From an uncultured virus (IMG/VR IMGVR_UViG_3300032085_001238) (lineage: Duplodnaviria; Heunggongvirae; Uroviricota; Caudoviricetes), in the IMG/VR virus record IMGVR_UViG_3300032085_001238: DNA of 54,965 nucleotides; one strand, 5' to 3'. Shown here piece by piece: positions 29,101 to 40,600 of the stretch (position 1 is the first letter of the stretch; each line of letters opens with the position of its first letter). The position numbers and the translations under genes were made by a program. The notes below the pieces were generated by a model, which made no database searches, had not been told where the DNA came from, and was given only the letters and a program-made list of their open reading frames with translations.

Positions 29101-30968
29101 CGAATACCAGATTGTGTTATGACTGTTGTAGGATATTTACCAGTTGAATCTTTTATCGGATTAGAACCTGTTTTTGGATTGTTACTTAAAATTGTATAGT
29201 GTGTTGAACCGTTAGCAAAATTTGTTATTTTTCCAATATCAAAATCAATAGGAACACCATCACCATTGGCTACATTGGTTGGTGCCCAATATGACATTGA
29301 TGCTTCATAAATAAATCTTCTATATTCACTTCCAGTTATAGCTGGATTTTGTATAAGTTTTTGGTGAAGAGAATCGTTAGGTAATTGAACAGGTAATCCA
29401 TTGTGGGTCATATTGCTTTGAACATTATCCCATCTTAAACCAGGACCACCAAATTCACCACCCTTTGAGCTAGTAATAAATTCATCACCTTTTAATAAAA
29501 ATGATAAATAAATAGAACCACTATAATTAAACAATGGTTTGTTTTGAATTAAATTTTTACCATTAAATACATCTACTCTTGTGTCATCACCCATATTCGT
29601 TGTTGTGTGTTTATACACAACATCAAAACCATCAAATGCATTTAATTGTGTACCTTCATCACTTAGTAAGTTAACTGGTGTTGAATCAGTATAATTTTTA
29701 CCCAAACCAGGAGCTGAAGCAGTTGATTCACTCTGCCCATCATAATATAAAAATCTTTCATAAGGTGTAAACCCTTTTATTTCATCATTTATTTTTTTAA
29801 ATAAATCTGTTCTTTTCTGAACTAAGAAAGTTGAGTCACCAACTATAGCTCCCCCATTAGCTGACAATGAACTTGATATATCTGAATAATATCCTTGAAT
29901 GGTTTCTACTTTTGTTTTAAAATTTTCTAATTTCTTTTTAGCCGAACCAAAGAATGTGTGATTTTCAAAAAACCTAAAGTCTGTATTTAGATTTGGATAA
30001 TTGTATCCACTAGATGATATTAAAGTTTCAATAACACCACTATCAATAGAACCAGTTAAATCATTATAATTTTGAAATTCTACATCATTACCATCAGGAT
30101 TAATCCAATTCTCTTGTGCGTCTGATTCTAATCCATCGCCGAAGAAAACATCAGGTACTTCAGAAAAATAAAATATGTCTTGAGTTTGTGTGGTTAAAAC
30201 TTCCCTCTCAATAGTGACTGGTGATGTAGTTGAAATTGTAGTTGGTATTGCATTATAAAGTTTTAATATTAAGGATTGATTATCTTTACCATCCGTCAAT
30301 GCATCAAATTGATAATTCATTATTGGAATGTGGTCACCAGTTCCAATATTTAATACATGTTTGAATTGGTAAACACCCGTATTGTCAGTAAATTCATTTA
30401 TTAATGAATCAATAAGTGGTGTTTGTAGATTCGGGCCCGCAAGTGGTGAGTCATTTGTAATAGAGGTATCTAATACTTTTAATCTAACTTCTTTTCTTGA
30501 AGTTGAAATTTGTTTAATTACAAATGGTAATAGATATTCTTCTTGTTTTAAAAAATCAATTTGGATTCTATAATTACCTTGTGGTAATTCAAATTTGTTA
30601 AATATTTCATTTGGTTTTAAATAAACAGTTTCATCAGGATTTTTATATATTTTGAAATCATTTTGATATGGATTACTTGTGTTATTACCTGGATAATAAT
30701 CACCAATAACAATTGTATCAATTAAATTTTCTTGATTATCTGTAAATGGTGATATGTTTACTTCATATGCTGAAGTTTTTAATGTAGCAAAGAAAATAGC
30801 TTTTCCATCTATACCATTATCACTATTTGGTAAATCAACAATAGTGTTAATAGCCTCTGTTGGGTAAACAGTTAGTCTAATGTAATGTTCTTCAGTAAGA
30901 AATGCATCATCTTGAGTAACAACCAATTCTTTATCTTGTTGATTAAATTCAAATTCAAAATCTGGCAT
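26145..30968 (-). CDS. Large baseplate wedge-like protein with a LamG-like domain
   Basis: NNLLYIYKSKGTKNSVRALLNTYG is a gpI/gp7-type KGT motif; FSGSLSEIRGWSTALS...LVYHFKLNE is LamG-like. Confidence 0.65.
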   Translation of the reverse strand: MPDFEFEFNQQDKELVVTQDDAFLTEEHYIRLTVYPTEAINTIVDLPNSDNGIDGKAIFFATLKTSAYEVNISPFTDNQENLIDTIVIGDYYPGNNTSNPYQNDFKIYKNPDETVYLKPNEIFNKFELPQGNYRIQIDFLKQEEYLLPFVIKQISTSRKEVRLKVLDTSITNDSPLAGPNLQTPLIDSLINEFTDNTGVYQFKHVLNIGTGDHIPIMNYQFDALTDGKDNQSLILKLYNAIPTTISTTSPVTIEREVLTTQTQDIFYFSEVPDVFFGDGLESDAQENWINPDGNDVEFQNYNDLTGSIDSGVIETLISSSGYNYPNLNTDFRFFENHTFFGSAKKKLENFKTKVETIQGYYSDISSSLSANGGAIVGDSTFLVQKRTDLFKKINDEIKGFTPYERFLYYDGQSESTASAPGLGKNYTDSTPVNLLSDEGTQLNAFDGFDVVYKHTTTNMGDDTRVDVFNGKNLIQNKPLFNYSGSIYLSFLLKGDEFITSSKGGEFGGPGLRWDNVQSNMTHNGLPVQLPNDSLHQKLIQNPAITGSEYRRFIYEASMSYWAPTNVANGDGVPIDFDIGKITNFANGSTHYTILSNNPKTGSNPIKDSTGKYPTTVITQSGIRFTGSCMPAGDPFFVRWANVGSGKTTSSFITNVNVTLNNPNNVLPFDTVYKTTSNDFTTWYNALLTKAENFDIDNIHSFENNLPLYIQNSSEYNDMKDFLALQGEQYDLIRNHIDSMGTIHKRGYKKTNSPPDNTLPMLLSNMGWEAINPFSGNLTDTLGQYLTGVTSIDDIKNQTWRKTLNNLLYIYKSKGTKNSVRALLNTYGYPPDVLEFQEFGGSTEESNPRIFVNTPPSGSGIDLSLDTSTGSFSFTSKKEKLFNYNFSSVNKRILNLDWWMDSANINTFEFIYKHNNTTNTQTILKSSGSGAQTLWDLRLIPSSDGVSSSFEFRLSNSLTGSLAIASNAVSMSTNYSNMSDGQLWNVMLQRMTSSTSTNITNEYRLHSSLQEGKKIKTYNYVTMSLSGSGTAGDKNALANKNWMSSGSKHALSSSNLFVGEIFSGSLSEIRGWSTALSTSKFRQHTLNKFSTVGNTINSHKNDLVYHFKLNENYTSASISSSTQTMNIVDAAPTTTYLDYTFTKAGSTFNTGSVYGFDLIEVTKLTLQDNVSKANDNNILINPKRNVVGDLSPIQSAVKLLTRENSKPLFKTSEKLELYRSPQTFVDNFIIDNLSGFNLETLYGNPRNYYSHSYNEFDTFRDEFFEAHPISVDTNKFIRAHENMFNSSIVEGIKTVVPARSTFSDKNSNFGVEIKPTILEKQKYENEEHSVEANPNTRSGSVNPVVSSPTSEYIRPKSGSASVNVTNTSTYEQPKSGSISANVTNTTTYERPKSGSITTTPSLTDSSVPTSKDGTIDYASTANESFVDIHKNWGTSSADVQFINYFESGSEATFNTYHIDTRVIFHAVGDTEYYSASFGKASDFGNSSRFYNRLYLTDNVNGSVTYDSKKFATGAGIVTGRMMGKTRYFSTGSDGNIIFPRNHVSRYVDHYITNMNNGTKNKNPGQLNVQYEDYSTASFYRVKVTGGENELKVGSGNPTIDNNNKIIYG
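26785..26925 (-). repeat. About three 54-bp (18-aa) tandem repeats
   Basis: YIRPKSGSASVNVTNTST / YEQPKSGSISANVTNTTT / YERPKSGSIT. Confidence 0.85.
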
Positions 30969-33900
30969 TACAATGCTCCATTTTTATTTCCAGTTTTCTT
31001 TGGAAGTTTTATTTGTGAATTTTTTATCATACTTCTATTTTTTTGATTCTTTTTAATTCTATAATCTCCAATTAATAAACCTTTATTTATCTCACCACTA
31101 GAATCATCGATAGATTTTCCAGTTAACTCACCAGTATTTAATTCTAATTTACAACTTTGTTTTAAATCATTGTCCTGATTATCACTTATAAATATCTGTC
31201 CGATTGAACTTTCCAACGGAAAAGTTGTTTCGTCTGTATCTCCATTCCATATTTGTGAATTATATGATTCAAGTAGATACATAGGGTCATCAAAATATTG
31301 TGTATTTTTAAAATTCTCTATATTTAGTAATTGAGCCTCAATATTTATTTCCTCTACAACTACTAAACTTTTTATTTTAAATGTAGTTTTTGATACACTA
31401 TCTGATATTATTACCAATTTAGCAGGGAATATTACCTCATTATCAAAATCATCCACACCATCTTTTGCAATAAATTCAATTGTTTGAATATTATCAGATG
31501 GATATAACTCAGTTGAGTTATCATTATACCAGGGAGCGACAACACCATCGGCACCCATTAATGTAAGACGACAACTATTGAAAGTCCCTCCACTATCATT
31601 AAAACCTAAATCCTCATCATAACCATCAGCTCCATTTTCAAGTTTATATTCAATTTTATATGTTTTGTTAGGTTGAATTAGAGCTTCTTTAGAACTTAAT
31701 CTTAAAGTTGTGTAACAATTTCTTGTTTTTATAAAACTTACACTTCCACCATCTTCAGAATTTACCACCATAAAATCATTAGGGTCTGGTTCACCATCGT
31801 GTTGACAATTTTGATGACCTTCATTGTACACATCCCAATTTGTAATAGAATCCGTATATGTCATTTCTGCATCTTCAGTCCAATATATTTCTGTGTATTC
31901 ATCTTGGTCAAAATAATTATTATCTAAGTCAACTGACTCTTGTATTAAAAATGTTTCACTTGAAAATAATCCCATATAATTAAGAAATGGATATGGATAT
32001 AATAAGTTTTCTTTTGGTGTAATACAATTAAATCCAGAATAATATGAACCACCAGCACCCCATTGAATTTCTTCATTGAATACAGGTACTACTTGAGTTA
32101 CATCATTTACAAGATGTTTAAAATAATAATTACATGTATTTTGTGGTGTTATTTCAGTATAATCATTTAACCCTAAATCTTGGTATGTATTTCTATCACT
32201 TTCTTGTTCAGTAGCTACTGTACCATCGTCATTGAACTCAAGCCCCCAATAAGTAGCAGGACTATCACCCCCAGCTTCATTCCAGGGTAATGCCCCTCCT
32301 AATTCACCAGCCCAATAATGAACCCACCAATAGTCTGAATCAAAGTTATTTTGTTGGTGTCTTAAATAAATTTGACCAAGTAATTGTTCTTCATCACCTG
32401 AAGCTTCATCAAATGCTTGAATTTGATTCGTATATGCAGTTATTTGATTTCCTATGTCGGGTCTTCCATATTCATTCATCCAAATCTCAACATCAGTATC
32501 ATTTAAAAAATTATCACCACTAACATTAAATTGGTCAAAGTATATAGGAAAAGGTAAGTTTTTTAAATAATCTTCTTCTAAATAAGTTGGGTTTGGATAT
32601 GGAACAATTAAATTTTCTTCTGATAATCCTAGCAATTTATTCATATTATAACTACCAGTGTTAAAATATCTTACTTGTTCTAAATCCATTTGTTCTATGT
32701 TTTGACCAAGTTCATCATTTTCTTTAGCGTTTTGTAAAAGCCTTTCATCAATAATATCCGCATCACCTATTTTACCTCCACCCAATATATCATCAATTGA
32801 TTTTAAATATTTTGAATCCTTACTTACACCACCAATCACAGGTGTAGTATAAGGCCAAGGCAATGTTCTATAATCTTTTGCACCCAATTCACCAAAGTCT
32901 TCAAATTCACTTATCGGTATATCTAAATAAATTCTTGATGTTAATAATTTATATCTTAATGGTTCAATTTTATTAAATGGTGGAATTTGAGAATTTAAAT
33001 AACTATTATCCCAACTATCATTTTTATATGGTATATAATTAAAAACAAATATTTTTATTTTTTTAATACCAGGTGTGGTATAATTATGGTTAAAAGTTTC
33101 TGAATAATCTTTAAAAATAAATGTATTGTTATCTTGAGCTGCTGTGATTTCATTAATATCAGTAGGTTTTTTATCAAATACATTTTGAACTGATGTAAAT
33201 TCATCATCTATATCATTCCAATGAACAACACAAACTTTATAATGTGGTGATATGTTTTCTGCAAAACCTTTTTCTATAAAAACACTATTGTCTTCTGCGG
33301 CTTGTTTATATTCTGCAACATCAACTCTTAAATTAACAAATGTCGGTGATGAACAAATTTGTCTATCTAAATCATTAGTTTTAAATCCTTGTAAGTTTTT
33401 ATCCAATCTGTTATTGATTGTAACTTGTGAAAATGGTGTGAAGTTTTTTCTCCAAAGATAATTATTAGAAATTGCAGATGTAAAAGGTTCTTGAAAAATA
33501 TTAACAGACATGAAATCTACATCAAAATTATTTTCTTTAATTGGATTTCTACCTTGCATTTTGCCGATAATTTCCTGGTCTAAATTATTAAAGTCATCAG
33601 CTGCTACACCTTGTGAAACTGTAACAGTAACTGAAAGATTTGATATATACCAAGCAGGTTTATCACATTCATCATTTGATTTGTCTGGATGGCCTTCTCT
33701 TACAAAAAGTGATGTGTCGTCAGAATTAACTACAATTGGTTCTCCTGACAACTCACCAGGTGAAGCTGGAGATGTTGATGTATTTATAAAATCTCTTGGA
33801 CGTAGTTTTAAAACATAAAATCTTCTTCTTCTACTACGACCACTTTTATTTGATTTTAACCATGTGACGATTTGTATATAATTTTCTTCAGAACCAGTTT

Positions 33901-34633
33901 TTCCATCTTCTTGAAAAATACTTGTTAGTCTCTCTTCAGGAATTAGAATATCATCCTTCGGTTGAAAAGCACTGAAAGTATTTGTAGCTATTGAAGTATC
34001 CCAATTATCAACAGATGATGAAATAAAATTATCTAAACCTACTTTTAATCCTATTTCTGAATCATCTAAATAATCACCACTTTGTATTTGTAAATTTTCT
34101 GTTATATCTGGTGAAAGATTTTTAACAATATATTTGTCTCGTAAAAAATCAAATTTAGGATGGTCATTATTAGATATATTACCTGGTTGAAGTCTAAACC
34201 AACGCGCTGTTTCAATACCATCATCAGTTTCTGAACTTCCTTCACCACCACCAATAAAAAAATCTTCAATAGTTCTATATGCTCTTATATCATTATTATT
34301 ATCAAAACAATCAAAAGTTTTTCTATCACAAATAAAACCACGAAAATCACAATCTATGTGTTCATCACTAGTACTATTTTCTCTTACTTGTAAATCATTT
34401 ATTTTTATTCCACTTACTCCAACATTTCTTAATTGATTTTGTACAATATAGTCTCTTGTGGAATCCGCAGTAACACTTGAGTGTAAACTTTTATCTGAAT
34501 ATTTATCAATTGGTTTTAAAACACTATCTGATTCTTCAATAGGTTGAAAAGTATCCATATCATCATTATCATAATAATACTGACCATATGAATATGGTGT
34601 TGGTTTATTTTTAAATTGTTGTATTTTGGCCAT
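30968..34633 (-). CDS. Large acidic virion protein with a PKD-like segment, paralog of 34633..41049
   Basis: HNYTTPGIKKIKI; several blocks and the C-terminus are shared with the neighbour. Confidence 0.6.
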   Translation of the reverse strand: MAKIQQFKNKPTPYSYGQYYYDNDDMDTFQPIEESDSVLKPIDKYSDKSLHSSVTADSTRDYIVQNQLRNVGVSGIKINDLQVRENSTSDEHIDCDFRGFICDRKTFDCFDNNNDIRAYRTIEDFFIGGGEGSSETDDGIETARWFRLQPGNISNNDHPKFDFLRDKYIVKNLSPDITENLQIQSGDYLDDSEIGLKVGLDNFISSSVDNWDTSIATNTFSAFQPKDDILIPEERLTSIFQEDGKTGSEENYIQIVTWLKSNKSGRSRRRRFYVLKLRPRDFINTSTSPASPGELSGEPIVVNSDDTSLFVREGHPDKSNDECDKPAWYISNLSVTVTVSQGVAADDFNNLDQEIIGKMQGRNPIKENNFDVDFMSVNIFQEPFTSAISNNYLWRKNFTPFSQVTINNRLDKNLQGFKTNDLDRQICSSPTFVNLRVDVAEYKQAAEDNSVFIEKGFAENISPHYKVCVVHWNDIDDEFTSVQNVFDKKPTDINEITAAQDNNTFIFKDYSETFNHNYTTPGIKKIKIFVFNYIPYKNDSWDNSYLNSQIPPFNKIEPLRYKLLTSRIYLDIPISEFEDFGELGAKDYRTLPWPYTTPVIGGVSKDSKYLKSIDDILGGGKIGDADIIDERLLQNAKENDELGQNIEQMDLEQVRYFNTGSYNMNKLLGLSEENLIVPYPNPTYLEEDYLKNLPFPIYFDQFNVSGDNFLNDTDVEIWMNEYGRPDIGNQITAYTNQIQAFDEASGDEEQLLGQIYLRHQQNNFDSDYWWVHYWAGELGGALPWNEAGGDSPATYWGLEFNDDGTVATEQESDRNTYQDLGLNDYTEITPQNTCNYYFKHLVNDVTQVVPVFNEEIQWGAGGSYYSGFNCITPKENLLYPYPFLNYMGLFSSETFLIQESVDLDNNYFDQDEYTEIYWTEDAEMTYTDSITNWDVYNEGHQNCQHDGEPDPNDFMVVNSEDGGSVSFIKTRNCYTTLRLSSKEALIQPNKTYKIEYKLENGADGYDEDLGFNDSGGTFNSCRLTLMGADGVVAPWYNDNSTELYPSDNIQTIEFIAKDGVDDFDNEVIFPAKLVIISDSVSKTTFKIKSLVVVEEINIEAQLLNIENFKNTQYFDDPMYLLESYNSQIWNGDTDETTFPLESSIGQIFISDNQDNDLKQSCKLELNTGELTGKSIDDSSGEINKGLLIGDYRIKKNQKNRSMIKNSQIKLPKKTGNKNGAL

Positions 34634-37600
34634 TAAAACGCCCCATTAGACTTTTTATGTTTCATTACAATCATATTTTTTATTTTTTTATTTTCCAATG
34701 TTTCAATATCAGACTTTGGTTTATAATCAGATATAACAAATCCTTTATTATTTTCTCCACTACCATCATTTAAAACATTTGTATCAATCATATCTACTGA
34801 TAAATTTGTTAATAAGTTTTGATTTTTTTCATACTCATCAGTTATATTTCCTTCTAATGAAAATGGAATGTTGTCATTTGGAAAATCATCTTCAATGAAT
34901 TTTCCATCTAGTCCATATCTTGGTAATACAGGATAGTAATAATTATTTAACCACTCTTGTTGTGAATAAGTATCCACTACCATAGCAAAACTAACAATAT
35001 TAAAACTCATAAATGGTCCAGTATAAATTACGTTGAAATCATTTTGGTCATAATTCATTGGTCCTTCTAACATAATTCCCTCACCTTTATCAAATCCTGT
35101 ACATCCAAGTAATGGGTGACAAAACTCAACCGTGCCTGGTATAAATGTCATAAGATTATAATTTGTATTAGGGTATATTTTATCTATGTTGTTACAAAAT
35201 GTTCCTTCTTCAGTACTATAACTACCTGGACAATTAAAACCTTCACCAGCAGCTTCAGCATATGCTTCAGCCCCATTTACATATTTACTTTGACAATTTT
35301 CATCACCTTGTGCACATACCAATTGACCTATCACATCACCCGAAAAATATTCAGGTGATAATATTTCTTCAAATTCATAAAATGGTTTTGGGTCTATTAT
35401 TGGAGATGAATTAATATTAATACCCTCTCTATTATAAATAGAGTAATCTTCAGGAATAATGTTTTTCCAATATCTTGAATTATCGGGTGTTCCAATTTGT
35501 TCTAAATCTTCTTCTTCAAATCCAAGCAATTCCCATATGGATTTTGGTGTATCATAATATTTTATACTTGTAATATCTAAATCACCAATAGATTTACCAA
35601 GTTGTTCTTTAAGTGAACTAAATTGTTTTCCAGTATATTGTTCCGTTTGTCTTTCTATAGTTGGATTTATATAAACTTCAGGTGGATTATAAGTATCACT
35701 TTCACTTATTGTGGGTAAATTTACATTCCTCTCTTCATCAATATTAGTCACTATACAATCAAATGTTTCCCATTCACCCCCATCATCATCAATAGCTGTA
35801 CCAACTGCTTGTGTTACTGCATAATCACCACCATTGAAATCACCATCACCTCCAAAAACTGTAGCACAAGCATAAGTACTAATAGCAAGTTCAAGTAATG
35901 GTTGGTCAAAAAGTTCATAGTTAAGTGGCATAGAATTATAATCATCAAATGGTTTAACCAATGTAACATTAAAACCCATTCCTATATTCTTAATACCAAC
36001 AATTCCAATTTGAGCTCTTTCTTCTGACATGTTGTGTAATACAACTTCTGCTATATCAGGCCTTCCTTCAAAAACCCATCTATTATATGTTTCAACAGTT
36101 AATTCATTTTCATCAAGTATATCAAATTCTTGAAAGTATCTTGGAAATGGTAAAGTGGCTAAATATTCATCCGATGTATTTTCAGTTATTTCAAGTGGTG
36201 TTTGATAATAATTTAAAATATCAAATGCGCCACTGTCATTATATGAATCATCCATTTTTTGAAAAGCTAACTCTGTTTGTAATCTATCTGATATACGTTT
36301 ATAATTAACATCCACTAATGAAGTATTTGATAAATCTTCTAAAGAATAAAACCTAATATTTTTAACTGCTAAAAATGTAAAATCTCCATCAATATCATCA
36401 TTAACATTTTTAAAATCAATAGCTCTTATTTTAATATCACCATCTTCAGTTGTAAATTGTGCTGAAACTCTTTTATGAAAATTACCATCATTATCAATAC
36501 CCAAATCTTCAATTATTGCAGAGACTTCACGATGCTCATTAGTACTATTCCAAAATGTTATATCCAATGAATCAATTGTTCCATCATGTTTTAAATCAAA
36601 TGATTCCACATATGTAACACCAGGAATTACAGGAACATTATTACTCATAAGAAATTCTGTGTTTGTATTACCTGTTAATTCATTTACTCTAAGAGTTTTA
36701 TACCAACCATCTTCACCACCTAATTCCACTTCTATAGCTGATGTATTAGCTCCATCTGTACCGTTGTACCCGTGAAAATCTTTTGTGAGTAATTCACTTT
36801 CTACTAATAAATTATTAAATGTAGTTGTATCAATAATACCAAGATTTCTTTTTAAAGATTTATAATAAATACTTTGTTCTGAATATCCACCTATAAGTGG
36901 TAAAGTATTTTTATATGGAATAAATGAAAAACCATCAGTTCCAAAATATGTAAAGTCTTCATCTAACCCCTCATTAATGTTAATTTTTATCCTAAATTTT
37001 TTATTATAACCAACACCTAAATTACCATTATACTCTCTATCACCAGGATTTAGTGAGTATGAGTATTCCTCAGCTACTGTTATAAACATAGTTCCTTGTA
37101 CTTCATATGTTCCAGATTTTTCATAAGTATGATAAACAGCTACATCTGTTCCTATGTTTTTTGGTTCAGTTGTAAATTCAATTGGTGAACCATCACCCCA
37201 ATCCACATCAGAGATATAAAATTGTTTAAATTCAAATTCCTCTAAAAGTATTTCTCTATTTGGTGATAATGTATTGTCATATGGAAATCTTGGATAAAAA
37301 TAAAATTGTACTTCCAATGGCGCAGTTGTATCGTTAAATTCTTCTATTACTTTATCAGGATTAGTAGTTGGTTTAAATCTATCATAATATTCTGTTAAAC
37401 TTACTAATCCATAATCATTTGTTCCTTTTTTCTTTCTCACGTCAACATCTGGATGAAAATCATAAGCTTCTTTAAATTCAACATTATCTATTAAAATCAC
37501 AGAAGCATTATCTTCTAAATAAGATAAATCATCATTTGTTTCAGTATACAAATCTCCTTCAAATTTTGCATAATCTAAAGGTGTTAAATATAAATTTATA

Positions 37601-40600
37601 CCTTTGTATGAATTAAGATTATTATCGGTATTAACTTCAAACACATACTCCATTTTTTGCCATTCATTTATTTTATTATTTGTAAATGAAGCTCGTGTTT
37701 GTTTACAATATCTGTCTTCAGTCAAAATAGCAGAATAATGATTTGGATTTTTACCATATGGTGAACATTGTGAAGTTTTATATTCTTTTGTTTCTATTTT
37801 AGATTCTGCAAATGACTTATTTTGATTACTAACCTTAGAATTATCAAATTCTAAAACAGTATGTATACCTGTATTTTTTAAATCAACTCCAACACCTAAG
37901 TCAATTGTTTTCATCATAAAAGATAATTTAAATTTTTGTTTTTTTCTTCGTGCAATTTCTGGTAAATCATCTCTATCTATAAAAGTAGTAAGACCTTGTC
38001 TTGGGTCATATCCAGATACACCATTTTGTATAAGTGGTTTCAAAGTATCAACTACAATACATTTATTATGTGAAAAACATTCTAAATAACTCGCTCTCCA
38101 ATATGGTGATATGTTATTTGAATAATGGTTTAAACTAAAGTCCGTTGCAACGCTATCAATTAAAGTCCAATTCTCAGCTTCATAAATTTGTCCCCAACCC
38201 AAATTGTTCCAAGACGCGTCTGTATAGGTATATCCAACATCTCGTCCATTACCATTTTTAATACCATTTTTATAAACATATTGTTCAAATGATTCATCTT
38301 TATCATTAATAAAATTTTCAGATAGTTTGTTTTCACTATCATAAAAGAAAATACCTAATGATTCTTTACCATCATTGTCTGATAAATAATATAGTTCTTG
38401 ACTTGAATTTAATTTTAATATTGAATTACAAGCTTCCACACCAGTATTGAAAAATGCTTCAGTAGGGTCTTCGTAATTTATAGTTACAGACCCATTACCT
38501 TGTATACCAGCTTGTGCCATTTCAACCGATGAACCATCTTTACACACGGCTCTCATTTTACTAAAGTTTATATTGTTATTAAGTTCAGTATTACAATCAA
38601 AAGTTCTTACATATTGTTCTTTTGTCATATCTTCTGCTTCAGTATCACCCGCATTACCATCATATGGAGCATCAAAGTAAATAGGTGGAATGTCCATACC
38701 TTTATAATAAATTCCATCACCATCCGCGTTACCACCTGGTAAAGTCATAAATTCTATATAATCACAAGCATTTAAACCATCTTCTCGTAAATCAATTCCA
38801 CTCAATACATCTAATTCATTTTTCATCGTTGGTTCAATTTCTACATTTGGTATTTGAAAATCAGCAAAAAATGTTAGTGCTTCTACCTCACCAATAAATT
38901 CATCAACTAATTGAAGATATGAACCTCTTATACCAGCACAATCCATTTCATTAAATGAAATTGGTGGTAAGGGGAATCCAATTCTTATCAATACATCTCT
39001 GTTCAATTTTTCATCATTTATAAAAACATCTTTAATATATTCTTCACCTTCTATAGTAGCAATAATGTCGTCAACACCACTACTATCAAGTCCAAAACCA
39101 TCAGTTGGATTTGGAATTTGAGTATCTTCAGTAATAGACCTAAACCATGTTTCTATTGGGTGATTTGCAAATATGTTCATTATTATTCTAAAGTACAATG
39201 GTTTATCAAATAAAATTTGAAATGCTTCAGTAACCAATGCATCACCACCACAAAAATCAATACCTTTGGAGTGACTGTCACCTAATGTATATGTTTCATT
39301 ATCAACTTCTGGAATGTCTCCAGAACTAAATGGTGACTTGGTAAAACCTATCCCTAAATCATAATCTTCTTTTTTTCCAGTATAATCACCTACAACAATA
39401 CCCGCATTATTTTCAATATCTTGACAACTTAATTCTCTATAAATTGGTAAATTATATAATTCAGTTCCGTCCTTATCCACACCAGTTTGAAATCTATCAA
39501 ATACTTCATTAAGTACTCCAATATCATATTCAGCATCACCAAATATAACACTATCTCCATTATTTAAACCATCATTAAAATCATCCCATGTGTCTTCATC
39601 GACTACACTCGTATGAGTAATTGGTTCAAAATATCTATTCTCGTTTTCGACATCTCTATTATATTCTATAGCATTGCTTTCTGAAGAATCATCAAAATCA
39701 AACCTTGTTCTAACAAATGGATAATGGTAAAGTGATGGGGTTGTAATATCACCCTCACCTTCATCATTATAATCAAAGTTTCTAAGAATTGTATCATAAT
39801 AATAATCAAAAACAATATTGTGTCCAAATCTACCATGTGTTCCTAATGAATTAACACAATGACCATCAAAGTGTACTTTTGGAATTAAATTTTGTTCATC
39901 ATCAAATTCTTGAATACTACAATCTACTTGATTACATGCCTCTGCATTATAAACATTTCCTACATTAAGTTCACTATCACCATAATATAATTCAGTAATA
40001 CTTTCCACATCACTAAATGGAAATTCACCACCGTATCTAACTGTTCCATCGTGAGTGTTTGAAAGACAACATAAAAGATTAGGAGCGTCAGAATAAGTAG
40101 TATCTACTCCACCATATGTACAACTACCATCATCTAAACATGCGTCAGCATCAGGTGGACAACCTTCATAACAAGGGGTAGGGATGTCGGGGTCATCACA
40201 ATAGTAATTATCTGCACCTGGGTCAAAACAACCACGTATATAAGTATTAATACTGTCATCAGGAGTATCACCTGCATCACCACCGGAGTTATGAGTCAAT
40301 ATACCATTAGCGAAAAAAGTATGGTTGTCTTCAATGGTTATATCATATGTTCTAATGTATGGTTCTACAATGTGTTCAATTTCAGTAACCATTACTTCTT
40401 GTAATTCTTCACCATTGTAATGATACAATGTATCACCAACTTTTAATTGTTCGGTGTCTTTTCCTTTATTACTTTGTTTAACCCATTTATGTAATCTATT
40501 ACATCTTTCAGCATCAGCTGCTACGAATACTTTATCTTTTGACCAAAATGGATTTGCAATTGTGTTGTGAGTTTCCACACCATTGTTGAATTTTGTTTTA

